Positions 29,757 through 39,925 of a stretch of DNA of 64,000 nt are shown one piece after another. Below the pieces are notes generated by a model that did not search any database, was not told where the DNA came from, and saw only the letters and a program-made list of their open reading frames with translations. Source of the DNA: an uncultured delta proteobacterium. Its GTDB lineage: Bacteria > Desulfobacterota > Binatia > UBA9968. The DNA is taken from positions 832,001 through 896,000 of the forward strand of contig CAVUVW010000014.1 in NCBI GenBank assembly GCA_963745035.1, read 5' to 3'. The position numbers and the translations under genes are program-made. Positions within the stretch are counted from its first letter, which is position 1; every line of letters starts with the position of its first letter.

Positions 29757-29875
29757 GACTGGGTCAACCGTTCAAAAGTTTTAACGTCTCGGCAGTCACA
29801 TGAATTCTGAACTTGAACGAAAAATGCACTTTGCCCAAGAGGCACTTTGCGCCGAATTCTACTTTGGAAAGTGAA

Positions 29876-30758
29876 ATGGATATTACGTTTGCTCATTATC
29901 GAAATCGCTTCTGCATGTTTCGCACTTATTACGCCCTGGCGGTGGGAAAGGTGCAGCCTGACGGCATCAACATGAAAGTCATCGAGTTGCCTGATCCCCC
30001 GAGCAAGGAGCAGGAAGAGGCCCTGATCCGCGGCGACGTGCAGGCGGCCAATCTTTATCTGCCGAATTTTCTTCGGCGCAAGCTGCAGAACGCACCGATC
30101 GTCGGGTTAGCCACCGAATGGAAATCGACGATGAAAGGCAACGGTGTCTTCGTGCGCACGCAAGGGCCGGTCAAGACGCCGAAGGATCTTGAAGGGAAAT
30201 TGATCGCAACGCATCAGGGTCTGCACGCAATTCACCAGTACTTGTTGCGCCGCGTGTATAGCGTCGACGATAAGAAGCTTCGTTGGGAGTCTTATCCGCA
30301 AGAAAAGCTGCTCGACGCGCTACTGAGCGGTAAGGCCGACGCGGTGGTGCTGCTCGATCATTTCTTTTTCCGCGGCGAAGTCGCGGACGGCGTTACTTGT
30401 CTTTACACGGACGGTGAAGCCTGGAAAAAACTTCACGGTTTCGACGAACTGATCAAGCACATGGTGGCGGCGCGTGAGGATCTGCTCGCGCAGAATCCCG
30501 GCATCAAAGAAACCTTGCTCCGAGCGTTTCCGAGCTTCGTTCGCGTACAGCGAATCTCATCTGGAAGAGATCGCCGATGGCTTTATCGCCCGCTACGGTG
30601 GCGACAAGGAAGCTCTGCTGGCTTCGGCGCGCTATCCGCGCATCGAATTTACCTTCACGGAAAAGGAACAGCGGCTGGCGCAGGCGGAGATGGAGTTACT
30701 CGTCGAAGTGGGACAGATCCCGCGCACGGCGCCGGTCGCAACCCTTTTCGCGGCGTAA
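29876..30758 (+). CDS. Periplasmic-binding-protein-fold protein without signal peptide (MqnA/MqnD-like or SBP-like), frameshift near 30530
   Basis: YYALAVGKV, PKDLEGKLIA, LLDALLSGKADAVVL; second frame FRASFAYSESH.EEIA. Confidence 0.6.
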
Positions 30759-30783
30759 CGATGGTTCTAACCGCAACGCTGTG

Positions 30784-31755
30784 ATGGCGGTCTTGACGCC
30801 GTTGGCTTTTAGATTCGGCGCGTTCCTTGCAGTCGCCACGCAGATCCTGGCAAGTTCCTGCACGAGCGTAACCGCGCCGGATTCTGCCGCGCGGCTTCGA
30901 CAGACTGCCGGTCTCATCGAGGAAGTCAAAGCATTTGGAAAGACCCTCGGCATCGAGCCGACGGCGGCGCTGACCCGCACCGTGCGGGAGGAGCCCGCCT
31001 TGTCCATGCTGTGGCTCTGGATGCAGCGCGAAGGCACTCTCGCTCTGAACGGCCCGATGGATATCCGCACCGCAATTGGTTATTGGGCGGAGTCCGAGCG
31101 AGTCAAGGTCGAGCGAATATACCGAGTCGACGGCTATAGCGTTTACTATCGCCAGGGAGATGAGTTCGCCGACTCCCGATCCGTGGCTACGCCGGGGCTC
31201 GCCGATGAGCGGCTCGCGCGATTGGTGAAGGTCGTGCTGCACGAAGATCTGCACGGCGACAACAATTTCGCGCTCCCTTGGGAGATCGAGGAAGCGATCG
31301 TGACGCCACTCGGTTCATTGGCCGCGGCAGAATATTTCCGGCAAAAGGGTGATGAGCGGAATTTGCGAAGCGCGTTGGCTTCGCTCGCCGATGAGCGACA
31401 AGCATCAAAGGAATTGAATGCGCTTGTCGCGCGAGCGCAGATCATCTTGGCGCAGGAAAAGATCGATAGCGCGAAGGAAAAAGTCCTGGCGCTCCTCGGC
31501 GAGTACCCCGCGTATCAAAAACAATTCGAGCGCCAGGTCCGCGGCCAGCACACACCGACTGTTCTTGAAGCGAAGCTCAGTCACGATCTGGCGTATTATC
31601 GCTATTTCGATACGATCCTTACGCTCGCGGAATTGGCACCGAGCTTGAAGGCGCTGATTGCAGATTTGAGAAGCATTCCGGCCGACGCTACCCACGCGAT
31701 CGTCGACAAACATCTCCGTAGTCTAAGAACCAAGTACACCGCCGCAAGTCACTAG
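30784..31755 (+). CDS. Putative lipoprotein zinc metallopeptidase (gluzincin-like)
   Basis: LASSC lipobox-like; VLHEDLH followed by EEAIV. Confidence 0.55.
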   Translation: MAVLTPLAFRFGAFLAVATQILASSCTSVTAPDSAARLRQTAGLIEEVKAFGKTLGIEPTAALTRTVREEPALSMLWLWMQREGTLALNGPMDIRTAIGYWAESERVKVERIYRVDGYSVYYRQGDEFADSRSVATPGLADERLARLVKVVLHEDLHGDNNFALPWEIEEAIVTPLGSLAAAEYFRQKGDERNLRSALASLADERQASKELNALVARAQIILAQEKIDSAKEKVLALLGEYPAYQKQFERQVRGQHTPTVLEAKLSHDLAYYRYFDTILTLAELAPSLKALIADLRSIPADATHAIVDKHLRSLRTKYTAASH

Positions 31756-31772
31756 CAAGAAAACGCTTCAGG

Positions 31773-33002
31773 ATGAATTCAGTTTTCTCGAATCCCACCA
31801 TACGTGGTCTCAGCGCGCTTTACGCCGGAACTTTTTTTTCCGGCGCTTGGGCGATGGTTTTGCCGACGATTCCCGTCCTGGCGCAGCAATTCGGTGTATC
31901 GGCGGGCGGCGCGGCTCAGATTGTCACGGCCTTTGCGGCCGGGAAGTTTTTCGGCACGATCATCGCCGGCGTGCTTCTCGATCGCATGGGAACGCGGGTG
32001 GCGCTCATCGCTGGACCGCTCGGCGCAAGTCTGGCTGCCTTGTGCGTGGTGTGGGCTCCCGGGTTCTTCGTGATCTTATTTCTGGCATTGATGATGGGCG
32101 CTGCAGATAGTTTGTGGTCCATCGCGCGCGAGGTGGCAGGTATCGATCTCGCGCATCGCAGCCAGCGTGGCAGAGTGATCAGCGGGCTGCACGGCGTGCA
32201 CACCATTGGCGCGGCGTTTTCGCCGTTTGCCGGCGGCTGGCTTACCGAAACATTCGGCTTCGAGGCGGCCTTCGTCGGCTACGCCGTTGCGACCGCGTTG
32301 TCCGTTCCGTTGGGCCTTGCGGCACCGAAAGCAATCGTTCACCACGCGGAGAAACCCAACGATGTGCCCCGAGGCTGGAGTCCGCTGGCAATCATCAAGC
32401 GCCTGCGTGGGATAAAGGATCTCTATCGGGAAATCGATCCGAGCTTGCGGCCGACTTATTGCGCGATCACCTTCGCGACCTTGGTCAATCAGTCCCAGCG
32501 CGTGATCGTGCAGAGCATGCTGCCGCTCTACGCCGCTTATTACTTGCATCTTTCGCCCACGCAAATCGGCATGCTGTTCACCGTCTCGGGGGTCATTGTT
32601 TTTGCCATGATCTTGCCGGCGGGCTACCTCATGGATCGCGTCGGGCGGAAGTGGTGCACGGTTCCAAGCACGGCGATTCCCGGGGTCGTGTTTTTGCTTA
32701 TTCCCATGACCGGCAGCTTTGCGCAGCTTGCTATCCTGGCGGGCGTGACCGGCTTGGCGCAGGGACTTTCATTGGGATCGCTCGCGACTTCGACCTACGA
32801 CGTCGTGCCGGCGCACGCGCGCGGCCGCTTGCAGGCGCTGCGCCGGACCATCGCCGAATTGGGCAGCGGCGTTGCGCCTCTGATCGGCGGCTATCTGGCC
32901 AACGTGTATAACCCCGGCGTGCCGTTTTTGATCTACGCGCCGTTGCTTTTGCTCTCGGGGGCGCTGCTCGCGGTAATCGGCAAAGAGACGCTGCAGCGAT
33001 GA
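31773..33002 (+). CDS. MFS transporter
   Basis: GVLLDRMGTR and GYLMDRVGRK motif A repeats; about 12 TM segments. Confidence 0.92.
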   Translation: MNSVFSNPTIRGLSALYAGTFFSGAWAMVLPTIPVLAQQFGVSAGGAAQIVTAFAAGKFFGTIIAGVLLDRMGTRVALIAGPLGASLAALCVVWAPGFFVILFLALMMGAADSLWSIAREVAGIDLAHRSQRGRVISGLHGVHTIGAAFSPFAGGWLTETFGFEAAFVGYAVATALSVPLGLAAPKAIVHHAEKPNDVPRGWSPLAIIKRLRGIKDLYREIDPSLRPTYCAITFATLVNQSQRVIVQSMLPLYAAYYLHLSPTQIGMLFTVSGVIVFAMILPAGYLMDRVGRKWCTVPSTAIPGVVFLLIPMTGSFAQLAILAGVTGLAQGLSLGSLATSTYDVVPAHARGRLQALRRTIAELGSGVAPLIGGYLANVYNPGVPFLIYAPLLLLSGALLAVIGKETLQR

Positions 33003-33173
33003 GGAGGGCGATTCGGCTGCGAATACGTCTATAAACCTCAAACCTCTCGGAATCGCGCGGCTAAATACTCCGGCAGAGCAGTGGCCAGAACCGTCTCGGC
33101 AATCGGCAATCGACGATAACCTTTCGGGCGAACAGCCGGCATGGTCGCGACCAACCACTCATATGATCGGATG

Positions 33174-33647
33174 CTATGCCCCTCGGTCGCTGCGTCTCAA
33201 GTACATTTTTATGCCGAAATCGTAGAGAGTTTCGGGTGAGAAGCTCTCCATGTCATCGTCATAAGTCACCGTTGCCGAATTCTTCGACCAGTGAATGATA
33301 AATCGGCCGGCGCTTTTTCGGTCCAAGTAGTCGCCGAGCACACGTAAAGCGAAGGATAGATCGCGACGGTCTCGCGGGCTACCCGGTTCGCGCTGCAATC
33401 TTCGCTGCGTGTCGACCCGAAGAATTTCTGAAGCTGTAAATGATACGGGGTTGGGAATTTCCAGATCGTGCTGGCCGAAAAGTTTGCTCCTGACTTTTGC
33501 AAGAAGCCCTCGCTGTCGTTCTTTGCTAAACTCCGCCGAGGACACGATATATTCATCTCCGATTTTCACCAATTCGAAGGAGTCCAAGGACAGAACGCCC
33601 AAATTTTGACCGATGACCCTCAGAGATTGCGCGTTTGAAAGCGGCAT
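33174..33647 (-). CDS. Hypothetical protein with internal two-fold repeat
   Basis: 157 aa; AQSLRVIGQNL...SFTASEI vs SFALRVLGDYL...SFSPETL. Confidence 0.7.
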   Translation of the reverse strand: MPLSNAQSLRVIGQNLGVLSLDSFELVKIGDEYIVSSAEFSKERQRGLLAKVRSKLFGQHDLEIPNPVSFTASEILRVDTQRRLQREPGSPRDRRDLSFALRVLGDYLDRKSAGRFIIHWSKNSATVTYDDDMESFSPETLYDFGIKMYLRRSDRGA

Positions 33648-33760
33648 TGGTTTCGCTGCCGATGCGCCATGAACTCTTTCAAAGCTGCACGAATAGAGTA
33701 CAACTTGGTTCCCCGCCTAACAACGGGCAACCAACGCAAGAACAAAATCTACTCGCTTAG

Positions 33761-34038
33761 AGACCTGAGGCTTTGACGTTCACCGAGATGGCGCAAAAGC
33801 TATCGAGAGCCGTCGGGCGCATGATCACATTTATCGATGTGCCACCGGAGTCCATGCGCGCGGCGCTTGACGGCTTTGGATTCCCGCCCTGGCAGGCGGA
33901 CGGCCTGTTCGAGGAATTCGCGATTTATCGACGCGGCGAGGCTGCTACCGTCGAACCAGGTATGGATGAAGCCTTGCGGCGGCCCGCTCGTTCGTTCGAG
34001 GAGTTCGCGCGCGCGATTACGCGTCTACGCTCATGTGA
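33761..34038 (+). pseudogene. 3' fragment of an NmrA-like atypical SDR
   Basis: PEALTFTEMAQKLSRAVGRMITFIDVP...RPARSFEEFARDYA; Rossmann N-terminus absent. Confidence 0.7.
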
Positions 34039-34124
34039 TGAATACGCCGTGTAATCGAGGTTGTCGTTTTCACGGGGGTAAGGACCCTCAGCGAATTGTT
34101 CAGCGCGATACTCCGGTTGTCCGG

Positions 34125-35027
34125 TTAGCCTTCATACGCCTTGTGCAACTCGGCGAGATTGAACTTTTTCATTTTGAGGAACGCCTGCGTCACACGCGCG
34201 ATTTGCTCGGGACTGCCGTCGCGCATCATTTTATCCATCTCGGTCGGAACGATCTGCCAGGAAATGCCGAATTTATCCTTGAGCCAGCCGCACTGCTCGG
34301 CTTCAGGAACGGCGGATAGTTTCTCCCAGCAATAATCAATTTCTTTCTGTGTGTCACAGTTCACCATTAATGAGATCGCCTCGTTGAATTTGAAATTATG
34401 TTCGTGCGCGCTGTCCATCGCGGCGAACCATTGACCTTCGAGCATGAAATCAGTGAACATGACGGCTCCTTCTTTGTCGGGCGCCTGTCCTGCGCCGTAG
34501 CGGACAATCGCGCCGCGCTTGGCGTGCTTGAATGTTGAAAGATATAAATCAGAGGCTTCTTCCGCCTTGCCGTAAACATTTCCTACGAACAGAAGAGACG
34601 GAATAATGACTGGCCGCTCCTCGCCTTCGGGGTTTGTGAGGATGAGCTGCCACGACAGACCATAACGATCCTGTACCCAGCCGTAGCGCTCGCTGAATGG
34701 ATATTTATCGAGCGGCATCAATATATTCCCGCCCGCCGATAGTTTCTCCCACAGTTTGTCGATCCGCGTTTTGGCATCTTTGTCTTGCGACGGATCGAAG
34801 TTAACCATGAAAGATATTGATGGATTGAATTTGAACAGGGGGCCGGCACTGATGGCCATGAAACGGTATCCCCACAGCTCAAATGACACAAGATCGCAAT
34901 CTCCCGATGGCGTGTTATGGAGTGTGGTTATGTTCGTTACTTTTGAGTCTGGAAAAGTAGAAGTGTAGAACTCGGCCGCTTCTTTGGCCTCTTTATCGAA
35001 CCATAAGTGTGGAATGATCTTTTGCAT
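34125..35027 (-). CDS. VOC family protein (tandem PhnB / 3-dmu-9 methyltransferase-like domains)
   Basis: [46 protein letters not shown]. Confidence 0.92.
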   Translation of the reverse strand: MQKIIPHLWFDKEAKEAAEFYTSTFPDSKVTNITTLHNTPSGDCDLVSFELWGYRFMAISAGPLFKFNPSISFMVNFDPSQDKDAKTRIDKLWEKLSAGGNILMPLDKYPFSERYGWVQDRYGLSWQLILTNPEGEERPVIIPSLLFVGNVYGKAEEASDLYLSTFKHAKRGAIVRYGAGQAPDKEGAVMFTDFMLEGQWFAAMDSAHEHNFKFNEAISLMVNCDTQKEIDYCWEKLSAVPEAEQCGWLKDKFGISWQIVPTEMDKMMRDGSPEQIARVTQAFLKMKKFNLAELHKAYEG

Positions 35028-35122
35028 AGGAGCTCCTTTCCATCAGTTTTGTTGTGAATAGCGTGAATCGAACTTGTTGGCGTTACATGTAGCCATCCGA
35101 TACGCGACGAAGGCGGCGGACA

Positions 35123-36070
35123 CTACCGGTAGTCGTTCGGGTCGGCATTTCGATCGCCATTCTCGACGGCCTGACTGTATCGCCACACGTCGGGGCGGGA
35201 CCCGTCAATGTCCGTGAAACCGTATTCCGCCGCGACCTGGGCCGATGTCACGGACTGCTGGTTCCATCGCTGACGCCTCGGGTCAGTCGCAAGCGCCACA
35301 ACCGCACGTCCCACATAGCGCGGCGATTCGGATACCGCGAACCCGGGCGGAGCCGCCGCCGTGCGCCAGTTGTTCTCGGTGACCTTGTAGGCGTCCAGCA
35401 TCATCTCTGACCGAAGCCATCCAGGTGTGATCGCCACTGCCGTCGCCTGGTGCTGCGTGAGCTCATGCCCTTGGGAGAACGCCAGGCGATTCACCGCCAC
35501 CTTGGCCAAGTCGTAGAACACCGAGATGCGGTATCGCGATGCGTTGTAATCCGACGTTCCGTCGGTCACCTCGACTAGGAGGCCTCCGGGGCGGTTAATC
35601 AGGAGCGGCAGGAGGTGGAACGAGGTTATCAGATGGGTATCAACGGCGAGGCGAACGATCCGGAGGCCTTTCTGTAGATCAAGTTGCCAGATGGGTTTGT
35701 TCCAGTCGGGTGGTCCGCCTTTGAGCTGTTCCGCGCCCCAGATGTCGTTCACCAATATGTCAATGTGGCCGTGCGCCTCTCGAATCTGGTCAGCCAGACG
35801 CCTGACTTGGTCGGCATCGAGATGGTCGACAATGACCGCAATGCCGTGGCCACCTAACGACGTGACGAGTTCAGCGGTTTCCTCGATCGTCTCAGGGCGG
35901 TCGTAGTCGGATTGCAGGGAGCGACTGCGGCTGCTGCGACCGCTACAGATGACTGTGGCGCCGGCCTCTCCCAGGGCGGCCGCGATACCACGGCCGGCCC
36001 CTCGCGTGGCCCCGGCAACGACCGCGATGCGACCATGCAAGGCGTCCGGATCTGGATACCATTTTGTCAT
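35123..36070 (-). CDS. SDR family oxidoreductase
   Basis: VAGATRGAGRGIA, ILVNDIWG, FYDLAK, TPGWLRSE, SESPRYVGRAV. Confidence 0.9.
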   Translation of the reverse strand: MTKWYPDPDALHGRIAVVAGATRGAGRGIAAALGEAGATVICSGRSSRSRSLQSDYDRPETIEETAELVTSLGGHGIAVIVDHLDADQVRRLADQIREAHGHIDILVNDIWGAEQLKGGPPDWNKPIWQLDLQKGLRIVRLAVDTHLITSFHLLPLLINRPGGLLVEVTDGTSDYNASRYRISVFYDLAKVAVNRLAFSQGHELTQHQATAVAITPGWLRSEMMLDAYKVTENNWRTAAAPPGFAVSESPRYVGRAVVALATDPRRQRWNQQSVTSAQVAAEYGFTDIDGSRPDVWRYSQAVENGDRNADPNDYR

Positions 36071-36212
36071 TGCGCCCTCCGATACCTTCTTGGGCTCCCG
36101 CCTGGTGCACCCACTTGCGCCTTCCCAGCTATAAATATACTGCCGAATGTCCGCTGGTAATCGCTTCTCCTTGCGTCATGCGACCAACGAAGCACTGGTT
36201 GTCGGAAATACG

Positions 36213-36285
36213 GCCTAACGGCATGCAGCTAAGCGGTCAAAAAACTCAATACCATAATCTACCACGGTTCCAGCGGGTTTTAGGC
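36213..36285. other. Degenerate attC-like site
   Basis: GCCTAAC...GCAGCTAAGCGG...CCAGCGGG-TTTTAGGC; 73 bp; R'' matches RYYYAAC, R' has one mismatch to GTTAGGC. Confidence 0.4.
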
Positions 36286-36316
36286 TTCGTTGAGCTCATG
36301 TTTTTCTTTCCTCATG

Positions 36317-37296
36317 TCACTTGTTCCCAAGATCATCCGCGATCTTACCGGCGTGATAGCCCTTGGATCCAACCTTTATCGACAACCGGCTACGAAACTC
36401 CTCATTAGAGCGTAACTTTCCGAGCACGTATTCAAAGTCATAAAGCGGTTTCCAAGCCAAATCTCGTCGCGCCTTTTCGTTGACATACACACGATCAATG
36501 CTCGGAAACATCTTCCAACCGCGCCGCGCGTATTCCTCTTCATAGCCGGGGAACCGTCGGCTCACCACCGGCGGCGCGTTCATGCGCAATCGAACAAGTC
36601 TTCAGGTGAAAACGGCGTTGTCGCGGTTATGATGTAGCGGCCGAAGCCAATCGAAGGAGCCCGCGCAAGCGCGAGCAAATGGGCGCTCACGACGTCCTCG
36701 AGATCCACACGGCGGTAGAGATACTCGTTCGCTTTGACGTTGCCGTCATCATACGCCTGCCGTGTCGCTTCGCAGTCGTCCTCTTCCGGAAAAAAGCGCG
36801 AAGTTCTCAGGATGACGCACGCCAAACCGTGATCGCGATGAAAGAGTTCGCAAAGATCCTCGGCCGCAGTCTTCGTCACGCCGTAGATGTTCTTGGGAAC
36901 AGGGCCGACGTCTTCGGTTATCCAAGCGGCGGGAGCGCCGACAGGCGGCGTTAATGCCCCGCCGAAAGCGCTGGTCGTGCTCGTGAAGACAAACGAGTGA
37001 ACGCCCTGCAAGGCGGCTTCTTCCAAAAGGTTGAGCGTTCCCTTGATGTTGGTTTCAACGAAGTCCTGCCGGCTATGTGTGATGACATGTGGCTTATGCA
37101 AGCCGGCCGTATGGAGCACCGCGTCGATTCCCTCCATGCACCGCTTCACATAAGCGCGGTCTGCGATCGACCCCACCCGGCTGGTAAACGGGGAGGTGAC
37201 AATGTCGAGGCCAACGACTTGGTGGCTCGTATCCTGCAACGTGCGAACGAGCGCTTCACCGAGGTGACCCGCGCTCCCAGTAACAAGCACTTTCAT
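36317..37296 (-). CDS. NAD-dependent epimerase/dehydratase, frameshift near 36590
   Basis: MKVLVTGSAGHLG, YGVTK, LRTSRFFPE; downstream frame IDRVYVNEKARRDLAWKP. Confidence 0.85.
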
Positions 37297-37880
37297 TCTT
37301 GTTCCTTTCCTTTAGGGACGTCCTCCATCGTGAGGAGCGGCCTGTGTTCGATTCTATGACGTCAATGCTCGCATTGCGCGGCGCGCACACCTTATTGCTG
37401 TCGTCAGCAATGATACCCAGTTGAATAAGCCGTTCGTTGAGGTCGTTGATCGCCACTGTTCAGTTTTTTGGTTCAGGACTTTGAACCAGCGTAACATAGC
37501 TCGTCGCAACGATCGTGCCCAACCGCATCGAACCTTACCTGATCAATAAGTCGCGAGAATCTCGGGCTTAGAAGCGTCACGTTTCGCGACGATGGAATGT
37601 TTGACTAATAGAATGTGCTGATGTATCGGCATCCGCCGAAATGATGGCATTGAGAAATTGAAGCGATAATGGTTGTGGTGATGGCGGCACAGGAACTCGA
37701 AACGTGCTCGTTGTCATTCGACAGCCGGGTCGCCTCCCGGTAGCCGCCCCTCACCGCTTGTGGTCCGCGGCCGACTCACCGAAGTGGGGAAGGGCCCGAT
37801 TGCTTGAGCCGTCGTGGCGCGGGATCGGAACGCTCTGTGAGCAGTCGTTGGGTTCATACCCCCCAACCACAGCCTCGGAG

Positions 37881-38372
37881 CTACTCGCCGATGAGGCGCA
37901 GGTTGTAGGCCGCCTTGAGGCTGGGAATCCAGTCGTCGAAGAATCGGATGCCGTGCGGCTCGCCAAGGCGATTCAGTTCGTCGAGTCCGATCGGCCCTTG
38001 GCGCAACCGCTCTCCGAAGTCCTTGAAGAAGAGCTCGAACCCACCCGGCGTGTACAGCTCGATGATGCGTGCGGGCTCGGGCCCCGCGTTCCACATGGTG
38101 TGGGGAATCCGGCGAGGCTTCAGCACCCAGCTGCCGGGCGTCGCCTTGACGACCTCATCGCCGACCCGAGCGTGCATCTCCCCCTCGAGCACGTAGAGCC
38201 ACACATCGTTCTCGTGCACGTGTGGCGGTAAGAGAAGACCCGGCTCGAACGGCTGCTCGATGATCGAGATGACCCCGTTCGTCTCCTCGCCGTAAAGCTT
38301 GATGATGACGCCGCTGGCGTCGTCACCCTCATCCCTAGCGATCAGCTTCTTGCCTTTGATGCGTTCACGCAT
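37881..38372 (-). CDS. Cupin domain protein
   Basis: PPHVHENDVWLYVLEG...KPRRIPH. Confidence 0.88.
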   Translation of the reverse strand: MRERIKGKKLIARDEGDDASGVIIKLYGEETNGVISIIEQPFEPGLLLPPHVHENDVWLYVLEGEMHARVGDEVVKATPGSWVLKPRRIPHTMWNAGPEPARIIELYTPGGFELFFKDFGERLRQGPIGLDELNRLGEPHGIRFFDDWIPSLKAAYNLRLIGE

Positions 38373-38470
38373 GGCTCGCCTCCTTGTGATGTATCGGTTC
38401 TTCTGGATTAAATTGTAGGTCTGGTATTTCGCGCAGCAATTCGCAAAACTTGCAGACGAGGTATGCGAAG

Positions 38471-39367
38471 ATGCACGGTTTGGATTGGGATGATCTGCGT
38501 GCTTTTCTGGCGGTGAGCGAGAGCGGCTCCGTTTCCGGCGCGGCGAAGTTTCTGAACGTGAACCATTCTACCGTGCTCCGCCGCCTCGCAAGTTTGGAGA
38601 AACGGCTCGGCGCTCGACTGTTCGACCGCTTGCCGAGAGGGTATGAGCTAACCGCGCAGGGGGAGGAGCTGCGCAATCGACTGCACGGTGTAAGCGAACA
38701 GATCGACAGCGCGCAAAGAAGTTTGAGCGGGCGAGACCTCGGAGTCGCCGGGGCCATTCGCATCACGACCACCGATACCTTGATGCACGGGTTGCTGATG
38801 CCTTATCTCGCCGAATTTCGCGCTTCGAATCCGGCGATTCAGATGGAGATCGTGATCAACAATACTTTCTTGAATTTGACCCGCCGCGAAGCCGATATTG
38901 CGGTGCGTCCATCGAACACGGTTCCGGAGAATCTTGTGGGCAGGCGCGTCGGTTGTCTTCGGACGGCTATCTATGGCTCGAAGAAATATCTGAAAGAGAA
39001 CGGGGGAAAGAAAGAGTGGGCCGCCCACGTTTGGGTCGCGCCGGACGAAGCGTTATCGCATTTGGCCCAAGCAAAATGGATGCGAGACAATATTCCCGCA
39101 GATCGCATCGTGGTCCGTATCGACAGTCTTCTAGAGATGGTTGCTGCCGTGCGAGACGGTATGGGAGTGGGACTGCTGTTATGCATTCTCGCCGACCATG
39201 AACCAGACATCGTGCCTCTCGCGGAACCGATAGACGAACTCGAAACCGACCTCTGGATACTGACCCATCCCGCTCTCAAAGGCGTGGCTCGTGTCAAAGC
39301 ATTGACTGACTTTCTCTATGACAGACTGCGCGCGAACGACAGGCTGCTTTGTGTCAGTCCACGGTAG
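38471..39367 (+). CDS. LysR family transcriptional regulator (divergent from the cupin gene)
   Basis: LDWDDLRAFLAV..GSVSGAA..L.VNHSTV.RRL, LTRREADIAVR. Confidence 0.93.
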   Translation: MHGLDWDDLRAFLAVSESGSVSGAAKFLNVNHSTVLRRLASLEKRLGARLFDRLPRGYELTAQGEELRNRLHGVSEQIDSAQRSLSGRDLGVAGAIRITTTDTLMHGLLMPYLAEFRASNPAIQMEIVINNTFLNLTRREADIAVRPSNTVPENLVGRRVGCLRTAIYGSKKYLKENGGKKEWAAHVWVAPDEALSHLAQAKWMRDNIPADRIVVRIDSLLEMVAAVRDGMGVGLLLCILADHEPDIVPLAEPIDELETDLWILTHPALKGVARVKALTDFLYDRLRANDRLLCVSPR

Positions 39368-39401
39368 TTCATGCCGGTAATATTAAAACGATCCCTCGAT
39401 T

Positions 39402-39824
39402 CTAAGGGCTTGTATACTGGGCAAATACCTCGGCTCCCGTGAGGTTCTTTGTCTCGTTGGAGAATGCATAGAACGAAGGCTTCTCATCGATGAAAATCTG
39501 TTGGTCAAAGACCCATTGCTTGCCGTCGTCGAGCAGCCCGACAGGAACCGCGTAGTGTCCCTCCTTCTTCAGGCGGTAGAAGAGATGGCTTCCACACCGA
39601 CTGCAGAAGCCGCGCTCGGCCCAATCCGAGGAATTGAAGACCGATATCTTGTCATCACCTTCGAAATGTACGTCGTGTCCACATTCGATGGCCAGCAAGG
39701 GGCCGCCGCCCCACTTCCGGCACATACTGCAATGGCAGGCACCCACGCTCTTCGTCGATGCTTTTACTGAAATACGGACCGCACCGCACAGACAGGTTCC
39801 TCTTCGTTCCTTCTCATCGGCCAT
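39402..39824 (-). CDS. GFA family (CENP-V/GFA) zinc protein
   Basis: GTCLCGAV, CHCSMCRKW, RGFCSRCGS; RBS AGGAGG before ATG 39824. Confidence 0.92.
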   Translation of the reverse strand: MADEKERRGTCLCGAVRISVKASTKSVGACHCSMCRKWGGGPLLAIECGHDVHFEGDDKISVFNSSDWAERGFCSRCGSHLFYRLKKEGHYAVPVGLLDDGKQWVFDQQIFIDEKPSFYAFSNETKNLTGAEVFAQYTSP

Positions 39825-39925
39825 ATTAATCCTCCTATCAATTGGTCGCCATCCGGTTTTCCTTTGTCTTTCGAAGCGCTCGGCTGCGGTGTTGTTAAGA
39901 TTTAGCTGGAACACTTTTCAGCCAC

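Noticed and set aside
37297-37880. Long intergenic region with hairpin TGGTTCA-GGACTT-TGAACCA
   Set aside because: Single short hairpin; no riboswitch, tRNA or IS-end features recognised.
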